A stretch of DNA of 26,810 bases from Candidatus Micrarchaeota archaeon (GTDB lineage: Archaea; Micrarchaeota; Micrarchaeia; Norongarragalinales; SBBD01), in assembly GCA_043813365.1 (NCBI GenBank), contig JBDRLB010000022.1, positions 1-26,810 of the forward strand, read 5' to 3'. The notes below the pieces were generated by a model. The model was not told the origin of the DNA, did no database searches, and was given only the letters and a program-made list of their open reading frames with translations. Positions 25,475-26,810 of this stretch are shown one piece after another (position 1 is the first letter of the stretch; each line of letters begins with the position of its first letter). The position numbers and the translations under genes were made by a program.

Positions 25475-26422
25475 TCAAATATCGGAAATAAACCTTTGAT
25501 AAACAAACTCCACAAACGGCTTTTCATCCTTTCCTTCGACTGAGCCGATCAGGGCATCAAAATATGCCTGCGACTGCTTGGAAATGTTCAGCATCGGATA
25601 GCCCGAATCAAAGAATGCCTTGTTGAGAAGCAGCCTTGACATCCTCTTGTTTCCATCCTTGAATGGGTGGATCATGTAAAAGCGTAAGTGCAGAAGGCTT
25701 GCAAACTCGATTGCGTTCATTTTACCGGCATTTTCGTTGTACCATTTCATCAGCTCTTCAAGCTTTTTCTTTATCATTTCCGGCGGAGTTGGTTTAAACC
25801 CGATCTCCTCAACTTTCTCATAGCTTTTCAAATAGATGTAAGCAGGAATATCTCTAATGCTACCGGGACCTTTTTCTGAATACTCCGCCATGATGATTTG
25901 GTGCAATTTGAGAATAAACTCATTGGAAATACCTATTTTGCTCTCCTTGACAAATCTAAGTCCTTTGATCATATCCAGCGCAACCCGGAGGTTTTCATCC
26001 CTTAAGCTCTTGATGTTATTCTGTGTAAATTTGTATGCTAGGCTCGCATCTTCCTTGGTTATAGGCACCCCTTCTGTCGTCAGTGTGGTATAGACGAAAT
26101 TGACCGTATCTATCTCATCCTTTTCGTCTTGCCTTGCTTTTCCGAGCATTTTTACCTTTGCGGCATACCTTCTCCTTCTTTTTTCAGCCTCTATCAGCTG
26201 CTCCTTTGTTAAATAAACCCGCTCTTTTTCCCCTAACAGGTCTGCGTAAATCTTATCTATCAGCTTGCGCTTAAAGCCCTCAATTTGGGTCTTCCCTGGC
26301 ATTTTTGCCCCAAGGAAAACAGAGTAACCTTTCGGCTTTTCTAGTCTTATTGTTTCCTCTAAATAATAGTATCCGTTCCCGTTTACGCCCTTTTTCCTTA
26401 TCCTCATGAAAATATTATGCAT
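25475..26422 (-). CDS. Fic family protein (class II) with N-terminal beta-sheet putative DNA-binding domain
   Basis: Catalytic HPFKDGNKRMSR; inhibitory (S/T)xxxE(G/N) motif TLTTEG; N-terminal RKK...YYYLEETIR...SVFLG. Start is ATG 26422 or 26407. Confidence 0.9.
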   Translation of the reverse strand: MHNIFMRIRKKGVNGNGYYYLEETIRLEKPKGYSVFLGAKMPGKTQIEGFKRKLIDKIYADLLGEKERVYLTKEQLIEAEKRRRRYAAKVKMLGKARQDEKDEIDTVNFVYTTLTTEGVPITKEDASLAYKFTQNNIKSLRDENLRVALDMIKGLRFVKESKIGISNEFILKLHQIIMAEYSEKGPGSIRDIPAYIYLKSYEKVEEIGFKPTPPEMIKKKLEELMKWYNENAGKMNAIEFASLLHLRFYMIHPFKDGNKRMSRLLLNKAFFDSGYPMLNISKQSQAYFDALIGSVEGKDEKPFVEFVYQRFISDI

Positions 26423-26439
26423 TTTGGGCTTAATTAATC

Positions 26440-26632
26440 TTACCACACATTTGAGGCTTTAAATGTGTGCCTAAACCAGTCAATAGGATAGTTACCACAC
26501 ATTTTGAAATCAAATGTAAGGTAAACTGCATCTTTTCGAAAAATATCAGTTTACCCCACGGAAACGAATACATCACTAAATATGTGGGGTTAATGTGAGT
26601 AACGTAACCGTGACGTTCAGCGTTACCTTAAC
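26440..26632. repeat. Array of alternating-orientation TTACC(A/C)CAC(AT)-like motifs upstream of fic
   Basis: TTACCACACATTT at 26440 and 26492; TTACCCCACG at 26551. Inverted copies AAATGTGTGCCTAA (26461), AAATGTAAGGTAA (26512), ATGTGGGGTTAA (26582) and ATGTGAGTAA (26593). Confidence 0.75.
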
Positions 26633-26655
26633 GGTCAAGAATGTGTTGAAAAATC

Positions 26656-26669
26656 ACGCCTTGGCCGAG
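26656..26669 (+). repeat. 14-bp direct repeat, right copy (ACGCCTTGGCCGAG)
   Basis: Identical to 25433-25446. Confidence 0.7.
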
Positions 26670-26756
26670 CGAGGGGGGTTGAAGCACTGCGCCCTGGAAA
26701 AGTCCACTCTCAGGTGTTACCAGATAGCTACAAATTAGGAACAGATTGGTAACAAA

Positions 26757-26810
26757 TCATTTATCACGTTTTCTAACAATTCCCTTGTTTGCATCAACTT
26801 CCAAAATGTC
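26757..26810 (-). CDS. 3' end of a PEP-utilizing enzyme (phosphohistidine mobile domain) gene
   Basis: Not in the ORF track. The minus frame reads DILEVDANKGIVRKRDK*, the typical G-D-x-v-E-V-D-A-x-x-G-x-V end of the swiveling domain. Only 17 residues are visible. Confidence 0.6.
   Translation of the reverse strand, partial: DILEVDANKGIVRKRDK

Noticed and set aside
26440..26632. Motif array as a CRISPR array
   Set aside because: Units are short, degenerate and alternate in orientation. There are no regular 30-40-nt spacers and no cas genes.
26660..26720. GC-rich GCGAGGGGGG...GGAAAAGTCC resembling the 5' end of archaeal RNase P (or SRP) RNA
   Set aside because: The match to GAGGAAAGTCC is imperfect. 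The downstream sequence is AT-rich and is the antisense of a protein-coding 3' end, leaving no room for the RNA. An Infernal/Rfam search would settle it.
26715..26754. Inverted repeat TGTTACCA...TGGTAACA after the PEP-utilizer stop as a terminator
   Set aside because: The loop is long and there is no adjacent U-tract; too weak to call.

Overview
Archaeal chromosomal window. TTTAAA/TTTATA boxes lie about 25 nt before start codons, ribosome-binding sites are GGTGA/GGAGG, and the gene set includes DUF211, a COG2512-type regulator and an inactive KaiC-like domain. The style suggests a DPANN lineage such as Micrarchaeota, but that is inference. From left to right: a partial ribbon-helix-helix gene; three membrane hypotheticals; a Cys-rich lipoprotein; a 35-aa Arg/Lys-rich microprotein; an FNR-like oxidoreductase; a membrane metal-dependent hydrolase; a membrane-anchored winged-helix regulator converging on a secreted coiled-coil/Ser-Pro protein plus small lipoprotein, whose promoter carries a duplicated palindrome; an 809-aa surface glycoprotein converging on an operon of CHASE4-HAMP-PAS histidine kinase, receiver, inactive KaiC-like protein and Ig-like membrane protein; a probable osmotic/ionic-stress island of about 10.7 kb (EamA, CPA2 antiporter, otsA-otsB-treT-DUF211-VIT1, GCS2 ligase, M20 hydrolase, second CPA2 antiporter); a Fic gene bracketed by a 14-bp direct repeat with an upstream array of inverted motifs; and the 3' end of a PEP-utilizing enzyme gene. 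No rRNA, tRNA, CRISPR array or transposase was seen. All family calls come from motif recognition by eye; no searches were run.
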